Shown here in pieces: positions 13,131 through 26,289 of a DNA stretch of 64,000 nucleotides. The translations under genes and the position numbers were made by a program. Source of the stretch: Takakia lepidozioides (lineage: Eukaryota > Plantae > Bryophyta); the NCBI GenBank assembly GCA_030704615.1, contig CM060733.1, positions 64,542,001 through 64,606,000 on the forward strand, read 5' to 3'. The notes beneath the pieces were generated by a model. The model did no database searches and was not told where the DNA came from. It worked only from the letters and a program-made list of their open reading frames with translations. Every line of letters starts with the position of its first letter. Position 1 is the first letter of the stretch.

Positions 13131-14203
13131 ACTTAATTTTCTTAAAGTCTCTACGTCTATGTACTGGATTATAGACAGTATTACGGACTTTACCCTGAAT
13201 TTACTTGACAAGGTACATAGCATATTTGTGGCTGACATCACCCAATGCTATGAGAATATACCCTTATCATGTGAAGATAACCTAGGTGCAGCCATTGCTT
13301 ATGTGATTAAAATTGCCTTTAAGCAATATCATGCATCTCGACCTAGGTCCCAGCATGTTTTATGGATCCAAGCAAATGAAGGAAAATTTGGGAAGTGGTA
13401 GGTGGGGACCTACTTCCCCTAAACCTGGCAGTTGGATCGAGTTGTCTGAAGCAAGGTTGCTCGAGCTCCACGGCTAGTTGATGTCCCATTGCTTTGTTGC
13501 TTTAGGGGACCGGGTATGGCAGCAAATATCAGGTATCCCTATGGGCTTTTCTTGTTCACCTTTATGGTGCAATATATATTTTTTATCCTATGAAATCCGG
13601 TTCATTTTAAGATTGGCTACACTCGGGGAATCACAACTAATGGCCAAGTTCGAATCAGCTTTCCGTTACATTGATGACATATGCTGGCTTAATGCCGGAA
13701 ATGCTCTAATGTTTCTGAATCCCTCAGCTGGTCGTAGTAGTTCCAACCCATGGTGGATATATCCTTTGAATGTGGTCGAAATTAAGCCTGAAATATTGAG
13801 AACCAAATCTGAGTCTCAAGATGAAGGCCTGGAAGCTTGTTTTATGAACATCCAATTATCAGTTGAGAATGAGGAGACAGGTGAATTCCACTTCCAGAAA
13901 TATGACAAGAGAAGGGCTCTCCCTTTCGCATATACCCAATACATTCAGTTCAGGTCAAACCGACCAGTGAACCAATCATACAATGTGGTGATATCTCAAG
14001 CTGTACCCCCATACTGTTCATCTGCCTGGAAAGAGTGTGGGATTCTGATTGACACCTTAGGAAAAAATGGCTTCAAAACGGACAAGTTGTTACGAATATT
14101 ACTAAGGCTCCTTGAAGAAGGAACTTTTCTTGGTGTACACTTCCAGATTGCTGATCTGGTTAACATGCTCAGAGGTAAGCACTATCTTTATCAACCTAAA
14201 TGA
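13131..14203 (+). mobile_element. 5'-truncated Penelope-like element RT without a C-terminal GIY-YIG (Naiad/Chlamys-like), disrupted
   Basis: ADITQCYENIP, QISGIPMGFSCSP, FRYIDD and YDKRRALPF...SNRP...SYNVVISQ motifs. Stop at about 13400 plus a frameshift. Confidence 0.8.
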
Positions 14204-14419
14204 CTTCAATGACTGATTTCATTTTGCTTGTTCTAAATCACCCAACTTGACTAAGGGTAGCCTGATAATCCTTTACGGGACATCTTCCGAAGGATTGGCC
14301 TAGGAGCAGGGAGAGATTACCCTTTTTGAGAGGAGTTTGGTATGCACTCCCTTACGGGGTGAGTGCATACCACACTCACTCCGTAAGGGCCTGCCATACC
14401 AGGGGTTGGATGGTGGGAT

Positions 14420-15384
14420 TCCCTCTTTCTCCCTCTCTCTCCCTCTGGAAACTGGGTTTATGGAATTGTTGTCCTGACTTCCATCTTTGGAAAAATTTGA
14501 AAAAATTGGGTTGCAGGGAATTTTGGATGTTTTTCATCTAAAATACAAATTTTTCCCTAGTGAAACATTTCTTCATTAAATACCTGTGAGTTGCAAAACT
14601 CCCGTCAGTTTTTATTTTTTCAATCCAACCTGGATGAAAAAATGACTTCATTTGACAGGACCTAAATACGGGGCAAGACAGATATAAAAAAGTTGTTTAA
14701 AACCCCCGATGTTTTTCATCTAACCTGGATGAAATGCGGACTGCATCCGTTGAGTTCAAGACAGGATGAACGCACGATGTCTTTCATCTTTCGCGAATGA
14801 GAAACGGACAACGTCCGTCGGGCGTACAGGCTGGCGGATGTTTTTCATTCTGAGAAGGATGAATGACGGACCAGACAGGGGAAAACCCTGCGCAACCCTA
14901 ATGTCTTTTTTTTTGCGCTGCGAGAGCGCGCGCGATGGCGGCTTCTGAGGAGCGATGGTGCTTGTGCTGCAGATATCTTGAGCTGCCAATCCTTGAGTGT
15001 TTATGGCTCCTATGAGCGCCGCCTAGGCGGGCTCTTTAAGGCGATGGCAGTGGCTTAGAGATGAGGGAAGATTCACTATCTCATTTGTCTGTTTTTTTGC
15101 TGCACAAGGGAACCGCGGCAGTGATGGCGGAGGTACCACCTGCATGCTTATGACGTTTCCCTAGGAGCCCTCCTCTGGATCTTTGATGAATGGCGGCGAC
15201 TTGGTAGAACAAGGAAGTCTCTCTCCCTCTCCTTTATAACCCACCCTACCTTTTGAGACCAAGCTCTTTTTTCTTGTGCTTGGCAAGACTTGGCTTTAAG
15301 GTAGCAGTGCTGTGGTGCTGGCAGAGCCTCCCTGCATGGTTAGGCTTGTGGAGAGATGGCAACTCTCCCCCAAACAGTAAAAAA

Positions 15385-15453
<69 letters not shown>

Positions 15454-16115
15454 CTGTTTGTCTTGCTTCCTTGCTTTCTTTGGCATTCTCTGCGCTTAGA
15501 TTGAAGTGTATTTGACCTCGATAGCAAGTGTGGAAGCCTGCTACTCACCTCGTGCATCCTCACTAACTCCCAATGCTTTGTGGTGTTTTGGGAGGCACAG
15601 GTGAGGGCTTCCTACTTAATATTCTGATGTCTCGGTGCTGTGGATGCCAAGTGGGATTGAATCAGCAGGGGAAGGGAATCGCTTGCCAGGGACTCATCTA
15701 AAATGTCGAAAAACTAAATTACTCTATGGTTTTCTTGATCCTACCTTTTCCTTCCTTTATTTTTGAAGAAACAAGTGTAATGCTTTCTACGATGGGATGG
15801 GCTATTTCGGCCAGCCAGTGGAAGACCTTGCTTTGTTGTTGACAGCCGGGTTTATGATGGCTTGTGTAAGAGACACACATCTGTTTTCCAGGCCTAGTTT
15901 GCTTTGCTTACCTTATGGTAGTGGGAATAATTTGAGAGGCTGCAAGGAACTGTGTGTTGCAGCTATTCGGGTACCCCATGTTGGCCCCGTTATGTTCCAA
16001 CCCGGATGGCTTTGTTAGCTAGATGCTTAGGCCAGGGTATGGTGAAGATTCTGCCTGTGGATATTCGGCTGACAATGAAATATGGCAGCAATATATAACT
16101 GGTAACTGGTTTTTG
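14420..16115 (+). repeat. Direct repeat A, copy 2, with an expanded poly-T tract (about 15388-15453)
   Basis: Colinear with 10540-12194. Confidence 0.9.
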
Positions 16116-16996
16116 AGGCAGCCAGGGTGGTCAAGTGGAAATACCCCCTGGACATTGTGTAATGTAATGACATGGTCCAATGTGGAATGATGTGAATAGG
16201 GTGTACTGACAGTATTCATATACTGTCACATGATGTGTATGCAGTCCTTTATCTTTACTTTGTTGTGTCATGAACTTTGATTTTCAGCTGTAGCAAGAAA
16301 TAAAGGTATAAAGGTATTCTGGAAAACTTACCAGACATATCCACCTTCCCTGTGGGGGCAAGCTGTGCTGCAGACCAGTCTAAACAAATACTGGCAGGCA
16401 AGGTATTTAAATCTGTGATGTCAAGTGTTCGTTTGTGCTTTTGGTTTTCTTTAAAAAAACCCTCCATGACACCCATGGGGTTTGAGTAAGTATGCTTGGA
16501 TTACAGCTTGCGGACAGTGAATCTGTATGACCATTTGACGTGCAAACATCAAGGCCAAATATGGCCAAGTACCCGCCATCCCACCCAGACCCTAAATGTG
16601 TATCATGATCATGACTGGTGGTCAATTGGCATACTCTTTGGGTTATGAATAATACTGACATGAACACATTACTGTGCATGGATGTAATTCTGGATTTTCT
16701 AAGCTTGATGACTGATGGATGGTGCCACTGTTAAGTGGCTGATATGTCTGATTATTCTTTCATGACAATGACCGGGGGCTGCTATTTCATGAGCGGCATG
16801 AGCATGAGCGGAAAAAAAAAAAAGCATGAGCAGACCATTGTGGAGTCCCACGGAAATAGGGTTAGGAGGCACGGAATAGGGTCATGTGAAGTTGGAATGT
16901 GGCACCAGTGGACTTGAAATGCAACATTTTTATTGCAAATTTTGTGGCAAGCCAGTCTATACAAGTGTGTTCTAACTGTCATAGCCGGAATGGGCA

Positions 16997-19900
16997 CTAC
17001 TCTCCTACACCCTCCAAGGAACTTGCCCCACCTTCTTCCTCATCCCCCTCATCCCCCTTGTCCTCTGAGCTCTGTGATGCATCAGTTCCACTATGCCTCT
17101 CAAAAATCCCGTCCTCTCCTTGGGGGACTGTCCACCTCACCTCCTGGGAATCTTCTGCGTCTTCTCCCCCACTTTCCTCAGCAGAATCCAAGACAAATCT
17201 ACGAGCCCGACGGGCTCTAATAGCTCGCCTCCTCCCTCATCGTCCTTTTCTTGAGGCTTGCCTCGTCTAAAATCTGCTATACACGACTACGTTCGGAACA
17301 CCTCCTAATGGACACTGATGAAGCAAGCCGGGCAGCATAAGTAGGAAGGATGTACTCCCTTTCTGGACTAGCATGAAATCCCCCCTGGCAAAAAAAGGCA
17401 CGTTCCTCCTGCCCATTTGAAACTCGGTGTAGATGTCCCTCCGGCAGTAACTGGCATCCTACAGTAAGAACAATCCACTTCAAGAATGTCAATACCAGCA
17501 CAACCAGAAAGGGTTTTCAATGAAATAAGAGAGCGGAGGGAGGTGCCTCACGAAATTTGGAGGCAACTTACAATGCCACCACTCACTCGTAAACCGGGGC
17601 TCCTCGGCCTCGACCCAACTTCCTCCCCCCTCCTTTCTCGGATTTTTCCTCATCCTCCGAGGATGCCTCTTCCTCTTTTCGGAGACGTTCAGCCGCTGCA
17701 AGTTCCGAGTTGTGGAGGGCAGTATCTGGCTCGAAGGCGAACACATTGCCTGTCGGACAACGTCCCTGCCCACATTGAAGCACCTGAGGAACAAAGCGGG
17801 CGGTTATAGTAATAGCTGCGGCATGCAATTGCAATCGGGCCAGGGGACAAACTGAGCACGTGAAGGCTTACCCGTGCCGCATGTGAGGTCCAGAATCCGC
17901 CCTGGACATCCGAGCACGTCTCCATGAGGGTTTGGATGAAAGCAGGGCTCCGGGTCCGGCTTGTACCGCCACGGTTTTGCCTGTCTTTGTGTCCTTCGGC
18001 ATACTGGAGTGGGGCACATAGTTGTAGAGGACATCGTTAGGTAGAGGACAGGGTAGGTTACAGGGTCCACAGCGGCATCAACAAGACGACCGTCGTTGCG
18101 GAATTTGAACGTAGACCCTCTCTTCACAAGCAATATGCTCAAAACCAATGTCTGCACATCCAACAAAGAAGGGATCAACTCCAAGGTCTACTTAACATAC
18201 ACCACAATATGAAGTGAATGCAATACATTGATAACTTACACTTTGGCCCTCTGTTCGCAAACCCCTGCGTACTAATGCAGAACCATTTTCTGAGGAGGAC
18301 CGGGGTGACACTTTCGGTGTCCACCTTGCCACCGCATTCTCTGTGGTCTTCCCTCTCGTGGCAAGGACAACCACACATCCACCGTCATCCAGAAGCATCC
18401 CCGCCAGCCCAAACCCGGCTTTCCAGTAGTCCTCAGTAAACCTGTTCCAGGTGGGCACACCATCCAGGCCCTCTAGCAGCTCCCCATCTGGAATGTCGAG
18501 GAGAATATGTCGCAAGCTCTCTCCACCTCAACCCCCCCCCCCCCCGAGTGCTCTTGCAATTCGTGCTCACAGCCGGTGAAGAATTCCATCATGGCTTCAA
18601 AACCAGGGGGTCTTTAGGCTCTGTACCGCCAGCCCTCTTCTTGGCTTTCCCCTTTTGCTCCGCCAGAGACTTGTTGTGGCCCACCTTCTTCGCCCTGGCA
18701 GAGAGCGTCAAGGAAGCTCTCATTGACGCATTGGATGATGGTTGGAGGTTCTAGCTTTGGCCTGTGCGTAAACGTCACCGCCGAATACCGCCGTGTAGGC
18801 TCGCCCTCAAATGCCAACTTCTTGGCAGAGCCAGTCCCACTCCGAACTGACTTGGGAACCCGGACGACCGGTGGCTGGGTAGGAGCAACAGCAGTCGCAA
18901 GACCTTGAACAAAGTCGTCGTCCGAGTCACTCTCTTGGGTCCCCTCCTGCGCCTCCTCCGATGCCTCGATGGTTTTCTTCTTTTTGGGTGTTACTGCACT
19001 CACATGTTTCCTTGTCCTTTTCCCTTGGCCTTTACTCTTCTCATGCAATTTCTCCTGAATTCCTGCCTTTCCTGGAGTTCGCAAGCGCTTTTGCCTCTTT
19101 TGCACCCAACGGAGGCAGCGGAGCCCGGTTTCGTTGGAATTCAGCATCCAGCTTCAATTGAAACTCGGATGGGTCGAGCGAGCCGGGCGGAAGGTCCACA
19201 TACCAAGGGCAATCACGCAAATGTTCCAGATGCCACTCCTTCACAATATCGTCAGTGTACGTGGAGTTAGCCCCAGGGTTCCTCCATGCCAGGAAGAATG
19301 GTGGCTCGAAAGACAGATGACCTTTCTCCAAAAGGGAGAACTTGCAGTACCTGCATTCATGGAAAACACAATGAGGTCCCTGAAATGCATATTCCGCACC
19401 ATTTTCCCAGGTTGGGGCGGATGTGAGTGGGCCTAGAAATGGAAAAATGGCGCCGAATTTCGGTTTTCGGTGACTGCCACCCTATGGACTTAGCCATCTT
19501 GGGAGCCCTGAACTGGAAATTCGGCGCCATTTTTCCCAGTTTGGCCCGAAGATGGCTAAGTCCCAGAACCGCAATAGGGCCTAGAACTGGAAAAATGGCG
19601 CCGAATTTCCAGTTCAGGTCCAGCCACCCTAGGGACTTAGCCCGAAAATGGCTAAGTCCTGAACGGCAATAGGGCCTAGAACTGGAAAATGGCGCCGAAT
19701 TTCCAGTTCAGGGCCAGCCACCCTAGGGACTTAGCCCGAAAATGGCTAAGTCCCTGAACGGCAATAGGGCCTAGAACTGGAAAATGGCGCCGAATTTCCA
19801 GTTCCGGGCCAGCCACCCTAGGGACTTAGCCCGAAAAATGGCTAAGTCCCTGAACGGCAATAGGGCCTAGAACTGGAATGGCGCCGAATTTCCAGTTCCG

Positions 19901-22900
19901 GGCCAGCCACCCTAGGGACTTAGCCCGAAAATGGCTAAGTCCTGAACGGCAATAGGGCCTAGAACTGGAAAATGGCGCCGAATTTCCAGTTCAGGGCCAG
20001 CCACCTAGGGACTTAGCCCGAAAATGGCTAAGTCCCTGAACGGCAATAGGGCCTAGAACTGGAAAATGGCGCCGAATTTCCAGTTCAGGGCCATCCACCC
20101 TAGGGACTTAGCCCGAAAATGGCTAAGTCCCTGAACGGCAATAGGGCCTAGAACTGGAAAATGGCGCCGAATTTCCAGTTCAGGGCCAGCCACCCTAGGG
20201 ACTTAGCCCGAAAATGGCTAAGTCCCTGATAGGCAATAGGGCCTAGAACTGGAAAATGGCGCCGAATTTCCAGTTCAGGGCGGCCACCCTAGGGACTTAG
20301 CCCGAAAATGGCTAATTCCCTAAACCTATAGGGCCTAGAACTGGAAAATGGCGCCGAATTTCCAGTTCGGGGCCCGCCACCCTAGGGACTTAGCCCGAAA
20401 ATGGCTAAGTCCCTGAACGGCAATAGGGCCTAGAACTGGAAAATGGCGCCGAATTTCCAGTTCCGGGCCAGCCACCCTAGGGACTTAGCCCGAAAATGGC
20501 TAAGTCCCTGAACGGCAATAGGGCCTAGAACTGGAAAATGGCGCCGAATTTCCAGTTCAGGGCCAGCACCCTAGGGACTTAGCCCGAAAATGGCTAAGTC
20601 CCTGAACGGCAATAGGGCCTAGAACTGGAAAATGGCGCCGAATTTCCAGTTCAGGGCCAGCCACCCTAGGGACTTAGCCCGAAAATGGCTAAGTCCCTGA
20701 ACGGCATAGGGCCTAGAACTGGAAAATGGCGCCGAATTTCCAGTTCAGGGCCAGCCACCCTAGGGACTTAGCCCGAAAATGGCTAAGTCCCTGAACGGCA
20801 AATAGGGCCTAGAACTGGAAAATGGCGCCGAATTTCCAGTTCAGGGCCAGCCACCCTAGGGACTTAGCCCGAAAATGGCTAATTCCCTAAACAGCTATAG
20901 GGCCTAGAACTGGAAAATGGCGCCGAATTTCCAGTTCGGGGCCCGCCACCCTAGGGACTTAGCCCGAAAATGGCTAAGTCCCTGAACGGCAATAGGGCCT
21001 AGAACTGGAAAATGGCGCCGAATTTCCACTTCGGGGCCGCCAGTCTAGGGACTTAGCCCGAAAATGGCTAAGTCCCTGAACGGCAATAGGGCCTAGAACT
21101 GGAAAATGGCGCCGAATTTCCAGTTCCGGGCTAGCCAGTCTAGGGACTTAGCCCGAAAATGGCCAAGTCCCTGAACGGCAATAGGGCCTAGAACTGGAAA
21201 ATGGCGCCGAATTTCCAGTTCAGGGCCAGCCAGTCTAGGGACTTAGCCATTTTCGGAGCCCTGACTGGAAATTCAGCGCCATTTTCCCTAACACCACATG
21301 AGGCCTCTAACATCCTGAAATGCAAGGACTTGAAAGAAAGACAGCGCGTATGTACCTGTACAGAAGGCGCATTGCTACTTTGTCCGCGTTCGGCTGGTCG
21401 GTGAACTCGTGGCTCCGGCGAGCATCTGCTATCTCCCGAAAGAATAGGTGGTTTTGTAGAGCAGAAAGTACCTCGTCACATAGTCACGTAGGCTCTCTGC
21501 TGCAGGAGATATCTCCATCTTGAACTGATGTGCTTGTGTGTCCAGCTGCTCTTGCGCATTCGTCGTCACCTGTGGAGATTCTCCATCAGATCGCTTTCCT
21601 GAAAAAATACAATGAATCCACCCCCTACTAGAGTAGAAGCCCCAAACGAAGCGTGGGGAAGTACCTGAAACCACCATGTCATGCGGTTCATCCACATGTC
21701 GAATGTGGGGTCAGAGAGTTTGTCGGTTTGGGGAAGCTCCACATGTCCCTGGTACTTTGGGAACCATTCCAGATTTGGAGCCACCGGGTCTGTCCAACCA
21801 CCTAGCATATTCGTAAGCGCCAAACACCACAAAAAGGAGTTGTTGCCACCACAATTTGGTTAAGAATGTATCACCTTTCTGTTGCATCCACACAGGATGT
21901 GGCTAGACGATGGAGCTTCTCCAATGTCATCGTGGGCTTCAGAGCGCGAGAGTAGTGCTTCCCCACCTCCACCAGAAGTCGGCACCAAGGGCGGGATCAG
22001 CTATGGCCACGTACTTTACCATCCGCGACTTGTACTTTATGCGGGCCTCACCTCCTCAGCTTTGACATACGATTCGAGTTCCGGGAGGGTGGATTCTTCT
22101 CCTCTGACTCCATGTAGAACCTCCGCGCATGTGCCAATCCTGCTGTCTTTTCGTCTGTCAAGAATGCGCACATAAGATTAGAGATCCTGCTCAACACAAT
22201 TTCTTCTATTGGGGGAGGAGATTAGAAATCACGGTGAAGACCTTTTCTTCTATTGGGGGAGGAGAGACAAATTAGCTCAACAAAACTGTCAGGAGCTTTA
22301 CCCGAAATATGTAGTCCACCATGGTGTTGACGCTCAGCCTATACCAGGTTCTGTCTGCCTTTGCCTCCGACTTGCGTAGGAGGTCGGCACTGAGGGAATT
22401 GGCAAACTCTTGCACCCCCTGCTTCCCGACATCCTTCACTCGGAAGAGCATATGGGGACAAGTTGGTGGCAATGAAGGCATTCTCAGTCACCCTGCAGTG
22501 CCAACATTCCATCAAACAATACTGAAATGGGAATTTCCATCATATATGAGGATTCGCAATGAAATGACTTCCAAATTCAAAGTCCAAAGCGAGAGGGGTG
22601 TAGCTTACGAGTTGATGTCGGCCATTGCAGCTTTGAGAAGACTGCGATCTTTGGGCCCCGCAACCTTCAACACAACACAATCCACGGCGAAATGCCAATC
22701 GAGATCGTTGGGGTGGGCTTGGGCAATGTGCTCCATCCATGCCAGGAGGCGATGATTGCCGTCCCACACGTAGAACATCTTACCGGACAAGTGGCTGGAA
22801 AAGAGGATCACTAGCAATCGATCGCTCTCGAACTCCTCATTTTGCGTTTGCCAATGGGGACCCCATTTGTCCACCTCATCGGAAGTGTGGGCACGGGAAG

Positions 22901-24486
22901 CTCCGTGGTCGTTCTCAATGGAAACGTAAAACGCGGCAGACCCCATTCGATATCCATCCCGGAAAGAGAATTTCAGCTTGTCGATATCGCCTGGGAGGGC
23001 AGGTCTCACCACCTGCAATGACACCAAGCGGCAAAGGGGAATTCGAAGCTTGGCCAGGTACACCATGCCCCCCAGCACCCTGCCAATGTTGCTGTGGGTT
23101 GCCTCCAACATCTTGGCAGCGGCCAACTTCATATCCGCCTCAGACATGACGTCTGTTGCAGAGGGGTTTTCTGCAGCCCACCAGGACCGCCAAATCCAGC
23201 CTGTATGCTCCGGGTTTGGGGCCTGGGGATGTCCGGGAGGATGTCATCCTGGTCAGAAAGCTCCCTGTCGTCCTCCTCAACAGGGTCAGCCACCTGCAAA
23301 ACCACCTCCAACACTCTCCCGTCTCTACTGCCCTCTCCCTGGCTTCACCTCGAACTTGCACAATCCGTGCTCTTTCTGGTGTTCTTCCTCTCCTCCACTC
23401 TCCACCGTATGGGTAATGCAGGGGCTGCTCTTGCCCACGATGGTCTAACCGGTGTGTTACTGCCTCTCTGTGGTGTATTGGAGGGATCCACCGTCTCTGT
23501 GCGTCCCTCGCTTACATTGGCATCTGTCATTTGGGCACCCCTGGCCTCTTCAGCTGCCTTTTCTCTTTTCCTCCTGGCTAGCATTCTGTCTCGTCTGTTC
23601 TTTGCCCTCTCTTTTGCCCTCTCACGGGCTTTCTGTTTCTTACTAGGGCTAGCAGCAGGGGAGCCCTCCAGGACGACCACCTTTGATTGAGGCGAACTGA
23701 CACCCTCGCGCGCACTGCTCACTCCCCCCTCCGCAGCCCGTGACGGCTCTCTCGCCGGGGATTGCATGTGCTTAGCTTTCTTCTTTTTCTTTGCGTGGGC
23801 GGGCCCTACTGCATGTGCATGAACAACCTCCATTGCCGGATCTGCTGTCCTCATGTCCTCACGCCTTCACCTGCCATGCCGCCTGCACCAACCTCCACAA
23901 TGCCTATTCTGTCGTACTCTCGTTGCAAGTCCTCCCGTCCACCAACAAAAGGTTTAAGTTTGCCCTCTCGCCCCAAGTTGGGCGATTCAAACATGCGATG
24001 AGTTGGAGCTGTCGATGATACCACCAGCGTGCCGGGCTCGTTGTCACTCTGTCGTTGACAAAAATCGTGAAAACCAACATCGGTGCAAAAACCAGCATCG
24101 CAACGAGCAGCGCAATCACCATAGCAACAATCGTGTAGCAAAAATGAAAACATAACAAGTTTAGGAAGTATGGAGAGCCATGCAACAACAATGAAAACAA
24201 ATGCAACCATTGCCTGAGAATGACATGCACAAGCAGCCTTCTCCAGAGCTGCCGGATTTGCACACGCATTGCAAACAATCTAAGGTTCACTCAACTATCT
24301 AAAGTTCACTCATCCAGCGAAGCCAGGATGAAGATGCAAAAACAAAGCGAGGTAACAAAGCGAAAGCAAAAAAAGAAATCGAACAAACCGAAAGCAGAAG
24401 TGGCTTGCTTGAGAGTACTCGGCTTCAGTTGGCGCGGGTTGTGAGCAAGACACTGGAATCTCCTGCTGGAGCTTCAGTTTGGCCAT
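16997..24486 (-). pseudogene. Multi-exon gene: basic N-terminus, ParB/Srx-like domain, helical linker, beta-class N6A/N4C DNA methyltransferase-like domain, acidic tail (frameshifted)
   Basis: VVRP...FYVWDGNHR at about 22750-23010, ILLDIPDG at about 18490-18510, and KPWR...ILDLTCGTG|ASMWAG...VFAFEPD at about 17730-17975. Intron boundaries are conserved with copy C. Putative ATG at 24486 (MAKLKLQQ...). Confidence 0.7.
19435..21290. repeat. 95-bp tandem array (about 19 units), each unit two hairpins, inside an intron of the ParB-MTase gene
   Basis: Period 95 (GCCTAGAACT at 20051, 20146, 20241). Each unit contains GAACTGGAAAATGGCGCCGAATTTCCAGTTC and AGGGACTTAGCC-cgaaaat-GGCTAAGTCCCT. Confidence 0.95.
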
Positions 24487-24794
24487 GCGAGAGATTGGCC
24501 ATCGTCCGTAGTATAGAGCTTTCAACTTCCGCCGCGGTCTGGATGTGAGGTCTCTCTCAGGAGAGCCACGCCCTTCAGGCGGCATAAGTCCCAGCCAAAA
24601 AGATCTCCGTTTTTGGGTACATGCCTCGAATAGCATGTTAAGCCAAGATTAGCATGAGATTTAGAGTACGTATCCAGGAAGCCATGTGTCGCCAGCCCGA
24701 ATGAAAACCGACGGCGGTGGACATTTATTGCCCAACTGCGCAATTAAATGTCGGATGAAGCCCTCCATGTCGGATGAAAATCGACGTAAAGAGG

Positions 24795-25272
24795 CCCGGA
24801 ATTTCCAACGTAGAGGTAATTCGGAGTGCTGCACGATGGAATTCCGGCGCCGGATTTCCATCCTGCAGGTAATTCGGAGCGCAGCAGGATGGAAATTCAG
24901 CGCCGAATTTCCATCCAGCAAGGTAGGGTGGCGCTGGAAATTTCCCTCACGCAGGTAATTCAGAAGCGGATGGATGGAAATCCGGCGTCGGATTTCCATC
25001 CGCGCAGGTAGGGCGGCGCGCCAAATTCCCCTCACGCAGGTAATTCAGAAGCGGATGGATGGAAATCCGGCGCCGGATTTCCATCCGCGCAGGTAGGGCG
25101 GCGCGCCAAATTTCCCTCACGCAAGTAATTCAGAAGCGGATGGATGGAAATCCGGCGCCGGATTTCCATCCGCGCACGTAGGGCGGCGCGCCAAATTTCC
25201 CTCACGCAAGTAATTCAGAAGCTGCAGGATGGAAATCCGGCGCCGGATTTCCATCCGCGCACGTAGGGCGGC
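24795..25272. repeat. 85-bp tandem array with the perfect 30-bp palindrome GGATGGAAATCCGGCGCCGGATTTCCATCC, upstream of the ParB-MTase gene
   Basis: CAGAAGCGGA at 24961, 25046 and 25131. Confidence 0.9.
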
Positions 25273-26046
25273 TGTCAAGTTAAATAAGCACAGTGTGAAA
25301 CTAGCTAGAATAAAGCTAGTTATTTGTATTTAACACTTGGATTTAGGTCAAGTGTTAAATCAGGTGTCAAGTTTAGTTTGACACCTGACCCGTCTTATCT
25401 TCACGAGAGCGGCAGTCGCGCGGCTCATCTCTCTCGAGTTGAGCCTGCGTGACCGAGCTCCTGCATCGTTTAGGACTGAGTGTGCTTATGATGGGAGTGT
25501 AGGTTGTTGTGGGGTGGAGTCCCCATATCTTGGGGTGCCCCTGGCTTGACTTCTGTTTTAAAGAGTGATGGTTTTGGTTGTCATGTTTTGTGTAAACAGT
25601 GTGTACTTAGCTTTTTCTATCACTCGAGAGAGATGACTCTATCTAGTTTGCCAGTGCTAAGCTAGATATGATGTTTTTGTTTTTAAGCACTATTATAGTA
25701 GAGATGGTCGCCAGAGGCCAATGCTTTGCAGTTCGAATCCGGAGCGTTCTTCTTCAATGAGTGGTAGCTCGGCGTCCATAGCATGCTGCTCAAACAAAGA
25801 GTAGCCCATCCAGAATCGCAGCATGTTGGAGAAGCTTGAGGAGTCGCGCCAGTGAAGCTACTGGCGAGGTGCGAGGTGTGGTGGTGATCCGGTAACTGGC
25901 CCAGGCGTATGGAGAGGCTGCGGGGGCGTGGTGTCAGTGGCGCCGGGGGTCTTCTCGTTGAGGGCCTTCGCTGGGCTTTGTGTTGAGCAGGCCAGTGGGC
26001 TTGTTGGGGGAGAAGGATTATGTGGGCTGTGCATAAGGGGTACTAG

Positions 26047-26136
26047 CTGGGCAGCAGTGAAAGTACCGTAGTAGATGGTATAAATGTTAAGAGTTCCATT
26101 TGTCCCTACAAGAACGGGCCCATCGTGATAAGGCAC
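26047..26136 (-). pseudogene. EXORDIUM/Phi-1 family gene fragment
   Basis: PYHDGPVLVG...LNIYTIYYGTFTAAQ matches the Phi-1 N-terminal pattern YHxGPxL...IxYGxFTxxQ. Confidence 0.7.
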
Positions 26137-26289
26137 AACGATGGGGGTTGGGTTTACAAAGAACTTAGAACTCCCTATAGCTGTCGCAGTGGTCAGATGA
26201 ATCGTGCTAAGAGTGCGAAGCCAGACAACGGGCTTTTAACCTTCGAGACTCCTCACAGTGGCGTTGAGCTCACTCAGACTGAAGTCGGC

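Larger units (their letters stand above)
16774..25272 (+). mobile_element. Mutator/Foldback-like transposon copy B: left terminus, ParB-MTase cargo gene and palindrome arrays; truncated on the right
   Basis: Starts GGGGGCTGCTATTTCATGAGCGGCATGAGC exactly where the flank stops matching its uninterrupted paralog near 12445. The first about 170 bp match the left end of copy D (48480). Confidence 0.85.

Noticed and set aside
14204-14420. Hammerhead ribozyme downstream of the PLE RT (also checked 39920-40050)
   Set aside because: No CUGANGA...GAAA core with supporting stems was found by eye.
19435-21290. CRISPR-like look of the palindromic arrays (also 49455-53165)
   Set aside because: The intervening sequences are repeated rather than unique spacers, there are no cas genes, and the context is eukaryotic and intronic.
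25273-25383. 111-bp TGTCAA...TTGACA segment as a TRIM LTR
   Set aside because: No second copy, PBS, PPT or TSD is visible. It is mentioned only as context for the capture block.
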